A DNA stretch of 63,285 bases, filler included, from Octopus bimaculoides (lineage: Eukaryota), in NCBI RefSeq assembly GCF_001194135.2. It is 4 parts of 4 records of this genome, joined end to end, with 100 filler letters (N's around TTAATTAATTAA, not from the genome) between each part and the next. Parts side by side here need not be neighbours in the genome. Positions count along the whole stretch, not along the records: positions 50,282 to 59,303 come from NC_068998.1; positions 59,404 to 63,285 come from NC_068982.1; 2 more parts are not named here. One strand, given 5' to 3'. Made by a program: the position numbers and the translations under genes. Shown here in pieces: positions 51,601-63,285 of the stretch. The notes under the pieces are model-generated. The model saw nothing but the letters and a program-made list of their open reading frames with translations, did not search any database and was not told the origin of the DNA. How positions within the stretch are numbered: position 1 is the stretch's first letter; every line of letters begins with the position of its first letter.

Positions 51601-52637
51601 ATATAGAAAAACAAATCTTCCTTTTCTTTACATCTTAACCATTGTTCTTATTCCCCTCCCAACATTAATCTTTCAATATTCAGATTTTCAAGATACATTC
51701 TGTTAAGATTACGCCATATATTTATTTAAATCTTTCGTACATATTTTCTTCTTCTTCTTCTTCTTTCGGTGCCATACGTCACCCTGTTTCAAAATATTCC
51801 ATAATCTTTCACCAAGCTCTTTCTTTTCCACAAAGCAGCAGCTTCACTTCTGCATACCGTTATGTACATAATAATCTTCGCTATTAATTGTTCTTGTTCA
51901 GAAACATTTACTATTTCTCACTTGAGTTTATTCCACACAATAAACCAAACGGTGTAGTTTCCCTTTCAGTATGTACAAACCACCAAAATATATGTTGCGC
52001 AAATATTTGATTTTCGTAAGAGAATAATGAATATTTATTGTGCAAATAATCATTATCATAATTATTGTTATCATGTTTTATTATGTCTATAATAATCTGC
52101 TTGTTCGTTCACCTGTAATACTTTAGTTAGTGAGGGAGGTGTGAGTGGAGAAGGATGTATATGGTCACGTGGTTAGTTGAAAGGAGGGGCGAAGGGAGAG
52201 AGGGAGAGGGAAGTGTTAACGACGTGCTGTAGTGTGGGGAGGGAAGTGTAGAGAGAGAGAGAGAGAGAGAGAGAAAGTTTAGGATGGAATATTTTGCAGG
52301 TGGTGAGGTTAAAGAAAAGCAGGTAGAGAGAGATGGACAAGGGAGGCAGTTGCATTAAGAGAGAGAGGGAGAAGGAGGAGGGGGAAGAAAGAGATGGACA
52401 GGAGAGGGTTATCCAAGCTGTAATATACGACGTCCTATGTGAAGAATTTCTAATAGGAGATTTCTTGTATGTTTTTCCAACATGTACAATGTTTCAACTC
52501 TTATTCGCAAATGAGCGACGTGTACTGGTGAATAAGTAGCATCAAAGTTTTTTTTCCATATCTCTTCTTTGTATATGTATTTGTATATTTGTGTCTGTGA
52601 GCGTGTCTGCGTGTTCGTCTGTGCGTCTATAAACTTG

Positions 52638-52690
<53 letters not shown>

Positions 52691-53193
52691 TAAAATGTGA
52701 TGAAGAAAACAATCTATGATGAGTCGGCATCTGCTGGTTGAGTAAACATTGGTATCTTCAACCAGACTACACCATAAGCAGATTACGGCAACACATATCC
52801 TTCTTTCATTTTAAAAACTTATTAATATATTCACAAACATATTTGTTTTATATTCAGTTGCTCGAGTCTGTGTACTTTACTGATGTAACACAAGAATGTC
52901 AGAAGTTCAGACTATGGTTACTACAGAGTTTTCGTTTAGGTGGATATTGCTAAACACTTCAACCTTTCTGATTGTATTGATTATTGTATAACTTTTGAGT
53001 TTATAAATTCCGTTTATGTTCAGATTTCAAAACTGTGTGCTGTAGACATATTGCTACGAATCCAATAGAGGAACATGGCCTTTTGTAGCTGAACCAGAAC
53101 CGAACAGATTTCGTAATTGCAACAGTTCTTTAATGATCTGTTCTCTTGCAAATTCGAACCACATATTTCCTTTACATGTCTGATTTGTTAACG

Positions 53194-53227
<34 letters not shown>

Positions 53228-54074
53228 TACACATGTGTGGATATGAACACGGAACTGAACAGCAAAACTAAACCTGCCATCATGTGGTTGGAAAGTAAAC
53301 GTCTTGTATAGTCAGGAGATAGATAGAGAGATAGACAGACAGACACATATGTAGACAGATAGATAATATAGGCGGATCTCCTGGCTAATATCTCCCCTTA
53401 TTCTTGTCGATTCGTCCGACAAGAATACACTTGGTACAGCATATGCACCTGAATAATAACAAGGAAACTGGAGCGCTGGTAGGATTAAATTTACGTGGCC
53501 CAAGCTTGTAAATTTAAGGGTTTTGTAAGGAAATATACAGAAGGAACTGTGAGAAGAAAACGTTATCAGGTACCCTGCGCATTGATGCATACGTAACAAG
53601 GGTCAGGCTGACTGTGAAATAGTGGGGAGATTAATTAAGGGCGTAAAGTAAATGGAGAAAGGGACACAGAAAAAGAAATAGGGGTCAGTGCTTATAAATG
53701 AAGACGTGGGGTCAGTAGAATCATTGCCGTGGGAATGTTTTTTTAATAGAAGAGACAGTCACGTGCACCCCCACATGGACACGCATAAAATATAACAGCC
53801 AAAGCGCGTACACAAATATAGACAGAGACGTAGACAAGAGAGCTGCCAAGTTGATTTGCGATGAAGGAGGGGGTAGAGAGGAGGTCGTTCCTCCGTGCGA
53901 AGAATTACCAGAAGAAACTGCTGCCAAGAAAAAGAAAAATGAATTATCAATACCGGAGAAAGAGAGAGAGAGCAGACAATAGTAATTATGGCAGCAAGAA
54001 ATACAACAGCATTTAGCAGTGATAATAATAATAATAAAAAAATTAATAATAATAAGAAGAAGAAGAAGGTTTCG

Positions 54075-54258
54075 GGGTGGGCGTGACTTGTCAATGACAT
54101 CGACCCTAGTACTCTGCTGGTACTAAATATACCAACCCCGAAAAGGATGAAGAGCAAAGTCGACCTCGGCGGCATTTGAACTCAGAACGTGAAGACAGAC
54201 AAAATACCGCTAAGCATTTCGCCCGGCGTGCTAACGATCCTGTCACCTCGACGCCTTA
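54075..54258 (-). mobile_element. SINE family B flanked by (TAA)n
   Basis: AAAGTCGACCTCGGCGGCATTTGAACTCAGAACG...GCCCGGCGTGCTAACG. Confidence 0.88.
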
Positions 54259-54326
54259 TATAATAATAATAACCCTTTCTAATCGAAGCACAAGACCTCA
54301 AATTTAATGGGATGAGCCAAACTAAC

Positions 54327-54930
54327 ATCAACATCAAATGAGGCATCTTTCAAGGTGACTCCGTCTCCCCATTGCTCTTTTGCATGGCACTGATCCTATT
54401 CTCAAACGAACAAAATAACACCAGGTATGGGTTCAAACTTTACAATACGATAATAAAACAATTTTTTTTATATGGACGATCTGCAGCTGTTTGCTAAAAA
54501 TGACGAAGAAGAGCTAGTAGGGATGCTAACAACTGTTAACGAATTCAGCAATGACATCGGGATGGACTTTGGCCTTGATAAGTGTGCTAAAGCAACTTTT
54601 GTAAGAGGCAAGCTCAGGCAAACAGCTTCCATTAAATTAGACGCCGACACTACCATCAAAGGGATTGACCAACAGGAAAATTACAAATACCAGGGGATTA
54701 ACGAAGGAGATTATATACAGCATGCTACTATAAAGGAGAATCATAGGAGGGTAAGACTCATCCTAAACTCTGAACTCAACACCAAAAATCGCATCGAAGC
54801 CATTAACAACCTGACACTTCCATTCGTCCAATATTGTTTCAAAATCATTAACTGGAATCTTACAGAACTCCAACACCTGGACAGGAAGACAAGCAAAATA
54901 CTAATTCCTAAGAACATGCACAACCCAAAT
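54327..54930 (+). mobile_element. Second R4/Dong-like RT remnant (different subfamily from 2695-3710)
   Basis: INIK*GIFQGDSVSPLLFCMAL, YMDDLQLFAKN, DIGMDFGLDKCAK, YKYQG, NRIEAINN, LQHLDRKT. Confidence 0.88.
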
Positions 54931-57814
54931 GTTCTGCATGATTTAATTTCTTTATATTTTTACCTTCAGATTTCGGTGATGGCAGAATTGGATTGGCACG
55001 AACGGAAGAGTTCTAAGGAAAAGTTTGAAACCGTAAGTTACTTTTCTGTAAGCACTTAGTTCGAACTGTGATGAGAGTAACTGAACATTTCACACTTACT
55101 TGTCCGACAAAATATTATACCAGTTATGTACTAGGTACAGTATAGTCTAAATATTCCACCTGTGAGACAACTTGCTTCATTTTCCGAGTTGAATTCTCAC
55201 CTGTCTCTAGGTGTGATTTTGGCCTTTTGATGTCAACAAACTAAAATACCAATTCCCTCGATAACTCATGCCCTCTCTGTTTCCTTGGCAGTAATTAAGA
55301 ACCGTGGTGCCGCTCATTTGTCAATTAAATTTATCAAATTCTACCTTGACAATTATATTCAAAGACAGTGGGGCTCAGACATTGAAAAATGACTAAACTG
55401 AATTACCCAAAGTATTTGCAGCCATCTTTCAAACTTTTAATGTTGAATTCCATTGAAGTGAGTTTGTAAGTTAATTTTATTATGGAGTTAAATAAATACT
55501 AATGATGTACTTCTTTGTAAAAATTTTGTAAAGTATTTGATCAATAATTATTGAATTTGTTACAAGAAGGACAATTACAATAATCACATTAATGAGGATA
55601 ACATCAAAAATACTTAAAGCATCATCAAATGGTTCACAGCCGTTGTATGTAGAAAATACCAGTCTGAGATTGAACAGGTTACGCTGCTGGTTTCAAAACA
55701 GTTTAGACACATTCTAGTTAGTAATTTAGATTCATAAGGTCATATAATTTCTTGAGCATTTCAGCTGTTTTATAGTACTACCCAACACTACTGTTAGGAA
55801 AGCAGTAACAGCATGAGGTAACTAGTTTGGTCGTGTGGCAGCAGTGGGAAGATTTAAAGTATTTTGTAGATCGCAGCTTGAATGTGTTGACCTCGTCATC
55901 TGTTATTCTGGAAAATGTTGCAGGATAGCAACATTTTCTCGTTTTTGTTAAATATTTGCAAATCCTATAGGAAAAATAGCCGGATCAAAATGCATAAACA
56001 GCTAATGAAATAATAGAATATGGAATTATCCAAAGAATCGAATGTGTAAATATTGCACCGGCCTTAGCTCTGAAAAAACAAATAAAAACACGGATTGAAT
56101 CATCAGGCTATAGATAATCGTATTTACCAAAACCCATTCAAAATCTACAGCGAATGAGTCAATACAAAATAATATTAAATTTAATAAATTAAAAATATAA
56201 TAGAAAGCTGGAACACGTGCGTGTGTGTGTGTGTATTTTGGCATTTGCCTTTTTTTTTTTTTTTTTTTTTTTTTTAACCTTTCCAACCTGAAAGTGAAGA
56301 ATATTAAAAGACAATGAAACAGAAAATACTATAATACACAACAACATAATTTCCAAAATCTTATACCAGGATATTTGAAATAATCATTACAAAATCAATT
56401 TAAATTATTCAGAGCTCGCAATGCTTTCTGTAAACAAAACTAAAAGGGAAAGAAAGTTGATACAATTCCATCTCGGAGAGGGAAAATTGTAATATTTGCC
56501 CAAATAAATTGTTTTTATACGACCGGCATCTCTCTACTGACTTCTTCCTTTATCTGCATCCAAGGTAGTTTATCATGTATTGTTCACAGGGAACAGAAAT
56601 TGTCAGCAGATTTATTGTACAACTTTATTTCTTCTTAAAATGTTTTCGTCAATTGGGAGAAAGTCATTGAGCGAGCGAATGAGAGAGCTAATAACAGGTG
56701 GTGGGGGTACGATGTAAGAGAGAACGTGCGCTTGTGTGCGTTTCTGTGGTGCCATTACGTTATTGGCGTAATATTTACACTATCATTAAACTCACCGTTT
56801 CAGTATAAACTAATGAAGTAACGCAATATATTACTACAAACTTATAGAACAATTAAATACTTGAATTTTGAGAGGATTTTAGTAGGGATAATACATTGTA
56901 AGGATTCCGTAGCGTCACACAGAATACATGATCAGGGGTTCAAATTTGTAGTCATTAAATTGATCCTATCAGCGACCGTATAACTTTCGTTAGCCCAGTT
57001 TTTCCGACTCGTTATACGAGCTTCAGCATTTACGTTACATAAAATATGAAATGTTTAAGGGATTGTTTTGTTAATATGGGACGAAGATAGAAACATCACC
57101 TTTTTTCAGTAGATTTTTTTCGTATCTAGTGTACAGACATTATCAAGAAACAATATTTTGAACTGGTAAACACCTTAACAATGACTTATTACAGCAGGCG
57201 ATTATACTTTAGACTTCTGACGATGTAATTCTCGAAACACGTTCATACTGTTGTGGATAGAAAGGTTGCTGAAATTTCGGAGGAAAATTAATTCACAGCC
57301 GGGTGGTATTAGTTTGAAATTAGTGACGTCTGCAAACATTCCAGCGTTCGTAAAATGTGAAATAATCGCCAACCATGCTTGTGCAAAATAGCGAAAATAC
57401 ACTGATGTAAAATCATACCAATGATATATAAATAAATTTTAAAAGACTCTTATATATACCTTGCATAAGATTACAGTTTCAATTTGAAATAGTAAAATAC
57501 ACAGCGACAATTTTCGATTTAATAAGTTCCTGTCAATTACAAGCTCAATTGATTTGCATATCTCGTTTTTTTTTCCTATTCCTTTAATGCTAGTAATCGT
57601 CGTTTAAATAAAATAGACGTATTTCATTTGGACAAATATTCTGTAAGAAAATCTCTTTACTTCGTTGTCATGCATTTTAGCTTATTGCATATCCGAGTCT
57701 GAATTATATTTATTAAAAGTTAACACCCCAGGTGTGAGGAAATATATTTTTAATAAATATAATAGCTTTGTAATATACATATATATGCACATAAACGCTT
57801 ATGTGTGTGTGGGG

Positions 57815-57858
<44 letters not shown>

Positions 57859-59403
57859 GTTTGTATGTGTGTGCGCTTGTTTCATGTGTGAGTGATCATG
57901 TGTATTTAGAGATACAGAGATACAGAGAATAAGAAATTTGTAGAATGTGTTATTTCTGAACTAGCTGGAATCTAAAATAAATTATATGCTAAACAAACTT
58001 ATCAATCTATATATATATATATATATATTTCGAAGTTATATGTGCAAGACTAAAGAATGTATTATAAATTAATGAAAAATCAATAAGAAATCATAAAAAT
58101 GTTTTAAAGAATATAAATCTAATCATAAATATGAAAAATATATGAATAGTACAATTATATCTGATATATATAACTAAATTTCTTTATTTTAAATATATAT
58201 GAGTATTATAGTGTAAAGAAAATGAAAGATAACAAAATATAATGTAAATGTTGCGTTTGAATATTCAGTTGGCAAAAACTTAACCACTAAATCAAGGGTA
58301 TTATTACTGATAATATTTGTATGCATATATATACATATATATATATACATATATATATATACATGTTTGTTTATATTTGTTTATATATATTTAAATATCG
58401 ATACATATATATATGTATATATATATATACAGATGATACATATATGTATGTATATACATACATACATACCTGATACACACACACACATACATATAAACAA
58501 GTGTACATCTATATGTGTGTGTATATATATGTGCACATAGGTGTGTACGTATATATAAGCATATTTCTGAGTGTATATGTGTGTCTGTTTTCACACTTTT
58601 TTTCTTTCTCTCGAAACAGTATTCAGAAATTTCAGAAATGAATATACTGTGTATATACATACATACATACATTTATATATATATATATATGTATATGTAC
58701 GTATGCATGAATGTATATGTTTGTATGTATACATAAAACAGTGTTAGTTACAACAGGCTTTCAAATTCAATTGTTAATACAAATACAACCAATTTCTCTA
58801 TATTAACTTGATATTGATTTAAGAATGTAGACTGTGTAAATATTTACTTATTTTCTTCGTTCATTAAACTGTAGTTATGAGTTATTATAAAGTTTACGTC
58901 TTCACGTATACGTGTACGCACGTGTGTGTATGTTCATGCGTGTATGTATATATATATCTTATACAAATATAAACACACACACAAATGATGGTGTATGTCC
59001 AATTTTGCGTGTGTGTATTCCATGATGTAACTCTCTGTCTTAATAATAAAACTTTCATCAAATGAGAAAATAACAATGTATTCTGCGTTTTGTATATAGT
59101 GTTTAAATAAGGAATTATTAGAAATTATTTACATTTATGGTCATCATTAAATGTAGAGGATACAGTAGTAACTAATGGTACCGTGACGATGAAGTCTGTA
59201 TTTATACGTCATACATTGAAAATTGTTAATGTTAGTTTAAAACAAATTGAAATGTTCAAGCCTTTTACTCATTCTCTGTTTCTGCCTTTCTGCCTATATC
59301 ACTNNNNNNNNNNNNNNNNNNNNNNNNNNNNNNNNNNNNNNNNNNNNTTAATTAATTAANNNNNNNNNNNNNNNNNNNNNNNNNNNNNNNNNNNNNNNNN
59401 NNN

Positions 59404-59558
59404 GGACAAAAATTCCTTTGGAAACAATTCAAACTTTGTATGAGACCATACCTCATAGAATTCAAGCTGTAATTACTGCCAAAGGCGGTCTTATCCCATA
59501 TTAAAATAAATTTGTTTGAAATTTTAAGGTGTTTTCATTATTTTGTCCAACCTCTGTA
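59404..59558 (+). mobile_element. Tc1-like transposon 3' end with TIR
   Basis: TKIPLETIQTLYETIPHRIQAVITAKGGLIPY* followed by TIR AGGTGTTTTCATTATTTTGTCCAACCTCTG-TA, which matches the remnant at 13649. Confidence 0.9.
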
Positions 59559-60997
59559 TACATATTAATTTGCAAAATTAATCCTTGGATGTAACAGCAG
59601 CAACAGCACATCTGTTACTCCTAAGCAAGTATGATCTTGTTGCAAGTACCATACTTTTGCTTATTGTTTTAGGTTCCTATGTATTCATGATCAGACATAG
59701 ACACCTTATTGTCCTTTCTACTCTTTACGTAGTCGAACAACCAAAATGTTGCATCTGGAAGGAGAGAGAAGACTGCACCAGCACTCAACTGGTACTCAAT
59801 TTACACTGAATAGATGAGAGTAACATGAAATGATGTACTTGCTTGAGGACATGACATGCTACCCAGTCCAGGAATTGAACCCATATTTTTTATGATCATG
59901 AAGCCAATACCTTAATCACTAGGCCAAGCACCTTCACTGTTGAATGTAGAACAGTAAAAAGAAAATATAGAAAAATTCCTGAGGTTTATGTTTAATATAC
60001 AAACTATCTATTTGTAAAGTTTTCTGGTTTGTAAACTATTTCTACAATACACACTGTATTGAAGTTTTTATATGTCTACTAAAGTAAGATGATAGCAGTA
60101 ATATTATGTTTTACAAATGGCCATTTACCCAGTTGTGATAATAAAGTATCCATTGATATTTCAGGTAATTCATTTTGGATGATAAAAGTATATTTTCAAA
60201 TGTGAGATATGAGTCATATAACAGCTTTTGAAGCTCTTACAAAGTTTGTAAAACAAATAAGACAGATGGATAAATAGACACATAGATAGACAGACTGACA
60301 GATGGATGAAGGGATGGCTGGATGGACAGACATATAGATAGGCATTTTATATCATTGTCAAAGATACAAAAAAAAAAAAAAATAATGTCATATCAATATA
60401 AATTGTATATATTTAAGAATTCTATACAATTGGCTAAGACAAAAACTTAAAAGCAAAAGGTGAACAAAGAGTATTATACACAAACAATGAGATATTGAAA
60501 TCGGTTACACAATGAAAAAAGGCGGTTTTCTTGATATAAGCTGTCTTTTAGAATATTTCTGATATAAATGAAAAGAAAGAAGATAAAGGGAAAAATAAAA
60601 AAAACAGATATTAATCCTTCAAAGAAAAGTAAGTTTGATGTTCTTGTTGTGGTTGAGTAACATTAGTCAACTTTGCTGAAGTAGGAGGCTCAGAACACTG
60701 AGGTTATCGACTGACTACCGAGGAGCAACTCACAGTTCCTGAGTTCTATTCCAGATATACCATTTGTTAGTTAAGAACATGTAGTCTACACTATACATTC
60801 CACCATGCAGAATTTAGTTGTGTGATTCTCAGTATAGGGTATGTTTTTATTCTCTGTCCTTCATCGTTGTCATCATTGTCATCATCATCATCATCATCAA
60901 TTTAATGTCTTTGTTTCCAGGCTTGAAAGGGTCTGATAAAATTTGTGGAGGCAAATTTTCTATGGCTGGATGCTCTTCCTGTTACCAACCCTCACTT

Positions 60998-61359
60998 GTT
61001 TCCAAGCAAGATATTTCCCCATGGTCTGGTATGTTTTCATCGAAGATTTGAAACAAATAACACCTTTTTTGATGGTGACATACATTTACAGATATCATGT
61101 GATTTCAAAACAAGGAGGCTATCTCTCTTTCTCTCTCTTTCTCTCTTTCACCCCCTTACACTTATGTGTAATATATACATATGGGTTTCCAAGCAAGATA
61201 ATATTTTCCCATGATCTGGTATGTTTTCATCAAAGATTTGAAACAAATAACACATTGTTTGATGGTGACATACATTTAAGATATCTTTTTTTCTCTCCTC
61301 TTTCCCTTTTTCTCTCTCTCTTTCACCCCCTTACACTTATATGTAATATATACACATGG
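60998..61359. repeat. Two-unit diverged tandem duplication (~180 bp) of a family G tail plus flank
   Basis: GTTTCCAAGCAAGATA...TTTCACCCCCTTACACTTAT..GTAATATATAC occurs twice. Confidence 0.88.
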
Positions 61360-61377
61360 ATATACATATATATTTAT

Positions 61378-62820
61378 AGCCTTCAACAGGATACCTTGCT
61401 CTGTTATATGGTGGTCTCTGAGGAAGTTAGGGGTAGACAAATGGCTTGGGAAAGTAGTACACACCATGTACAGGGATGCTTTTAGTAAGATAAGAGTTAG
61501 CCATAGTACAGTGATGAATTTAGTGTACAGGTAGGTGTTCACCAAGGCTCAACCCTCAGCTCCCTCCTATTCATCATCATCTTCCAGGCCATAACAGGAA
61601 CTGAAGGCTAGAAGCACATGGGAACTACTATATGCTGATGATCTTGCAGAATCTGTAACAGAATTAGAAAAGAAATCTCAGGAGTGGAAACAGAACCTGG
61701 TATCAAAGGGCCTTAAGGTTACTTTGCAAAAACCAAGGTTCTAGTAAGCAAAAAATTAGATAAGACCCTTCACCCTTCTGGTAAATGGCTCTGTTTGATA
61801 TGTAGGGTGTCAGCAAAAATCTCATTCAGCATACTCTGTGCAATCTATGGACACACAAGAGGTGCAGTGGAATGGTAGGAAGGTTAACAGAGAAAGTTGT
61901 GTTCATATGTGGAGGGTGTACAAGAGTCATAAAGACTACAAATACACAGGAAACTGATTTCCTCAAATGTCCTGAAGGCTCTCTGGAAGTTGTAGATAAT
62001 TTCTGCCACCTAGGTGACTTAATTAGCAGTGGAGGAAATTGTACAGAAAGTGTAATTGCTAGAATAAAAATAGGATGGATAAAGTTCAGAGAGCTTTTAC
62101 CTCTGTTGGCAACTAAAGGTCTGACTGAAAGGAATATTGTTCGATGCATGTGTATGAACTGCAATGCTACATGGTAGTGAGGTCCTAAATGCAGATGACA
62201 TGCAAAGACTAGAGAGGAATGAAGCTGGTATGCTTTGCTAGATATGCAATGTCAGTGTATATGTGCAACAGAGCACTGGTGTATTGAGAAAAAGTTAGGC
62301 ATAAGAGGAACTATATGCAGTGTGCAAGAGTGAAGGCTGTGCTGGTTTGGTCATGTAACACGGATGGGTGAGGATAGTTGCATAAAGAAGTGCAGATCAC
62401 TTAGAATAGAAGGAAATTGTGGAAGAGGGAGACCCAGAAATACATGAGATGAAGTATTGAAGGCCGATCTCAAAATGCCGTATGAAGGAGATGACAGAGG
62501 ACAGAAATATGTGGTGCATTGCTGTACTCAAGAATCCCACTCACTACAACTGAACTGATATTCTAAATCCAGGTGCCATGTAAAAAAGGTGAGGGTGCTG
62601 GTGCCACATAAAAAGAACTGGTGATGGTTCCAGGTAAAAAGTACCCAGTACATTTTGTAAAGTGGTTAAGAAGGGCATCCAGCAGTAGAAACAGACAAAA
62701 CAGACTATGGAACCTGGTGTGGCCCCCTGGCTTTGCCAGTTGCTGTCAAGCTGCCCAACCCATGCAAGCATGGGAAATGAATGTCAAATGTTGATGATGA
62801 TGATGATGATGACGATGATG
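61378..62820 (+). mobile_element. 5'-truncated, degenerate RTE-clade LINE with 3' UTR and (GAT)n tail
   Basis: AFNRIPCSVIWWSLRKLG, VGVHQGSTLS (61540), LLYADDL (61631), FCHLGDLIS (62001), ARIKIGWIKFRELLPLL, RLCWFGHVTRM, GRGRPR, then CCCATGCAAGCATGG...(GAT)n. Confidence 0.92.
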
Positions 62821-63253
62821 GTATATATATATTTTATGCATATGTGTGTGTGTGTATTAATACTTGTTCTTATGTGCAGTTATAATAAAAACAATTTTAC
62901 ATTCATTGGACGGGTTACTTAAACTCCTGTTAAGTACAGATTTATTATTCTTATACAAGAATGTTGTTGACAGTGACTTCAAAGTTTTGGCTAGCTAACC
63001 CATGACTGGACTCATTAATCTCTTAGCGCAAAAAAGGCTAAGACAATGGGCCAAGAACTTGTTTGACCATGTGGAAAAATGTGGATTTGCTTTTGTATCT
63101 TAGCTAAGATATTCTATAACTGTTCTTACATCACTCTCCTCCCAGATAATTTAATAAATAGCTATATTAATAATCAATCATATTAAATATCAATCAAATA
63201 ATATTCTCATTTATCATTTCTCTGATCTGCATTATCACATTAAATATCATCGT

Positions 63254-63285
<32 letters not shown>

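Noticed and set aside
53750-53982. Plus-strand open frame ...DEGGGREEVVPPCEELPEETAAKKKKNE... after a TTTTAATAG acceptor
   Set aside because: About 77 codons with no recognisable homology; not distinguishable from chance without expression data.
55660-55715. RLRCWFQNS resembling the homeodomain WFQN motif
   Set aside because: No NRR or helix 1/2 residues, and the frame closes shortly after.

Overview
AT-rich, microsatellite-saturated animal genomic DNA with several kb of assembly gaps. From its SINE families and its density of (TA)n/(CA)n/(CATA)n repeats I infer a cephalopod, probably Octopus; this is recognition, not a database result. I can identify no intact host protein-coding gene, rRNA, true tRNA or CRISPR array, and most ORF-track entries are translated microsatellites or N-runs. 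The window is a mobile-element graveyard. It holds two R4/Dong-type RT remnants, a CR1 3' end, an RTE LINE, a Penelope-like GIY-YIG endonuclease remnant, a DD34D mariner, Tc1 pieces, TTAA-flanked and mariner-type MITEs, a Helentron-type non-autonomous element, and many tRNA-derived SINEs of at least four families. The best leads are: (i) a minimal hammerhead-ribozyme-like motif with a non-canonical core, present twice (9489-9524, 33729-33764), plus a second hammerhead-like core at about 8635-8705; (ii) head-to-tail SINE concatemers sharing one junction at two loci; (iii) a long, near-perfect local inverted repeat (48837-49175); (iv) a PHD-finger-like module inside the RT domain of the RTE element. 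None is proven novel; each needs the checks listed.
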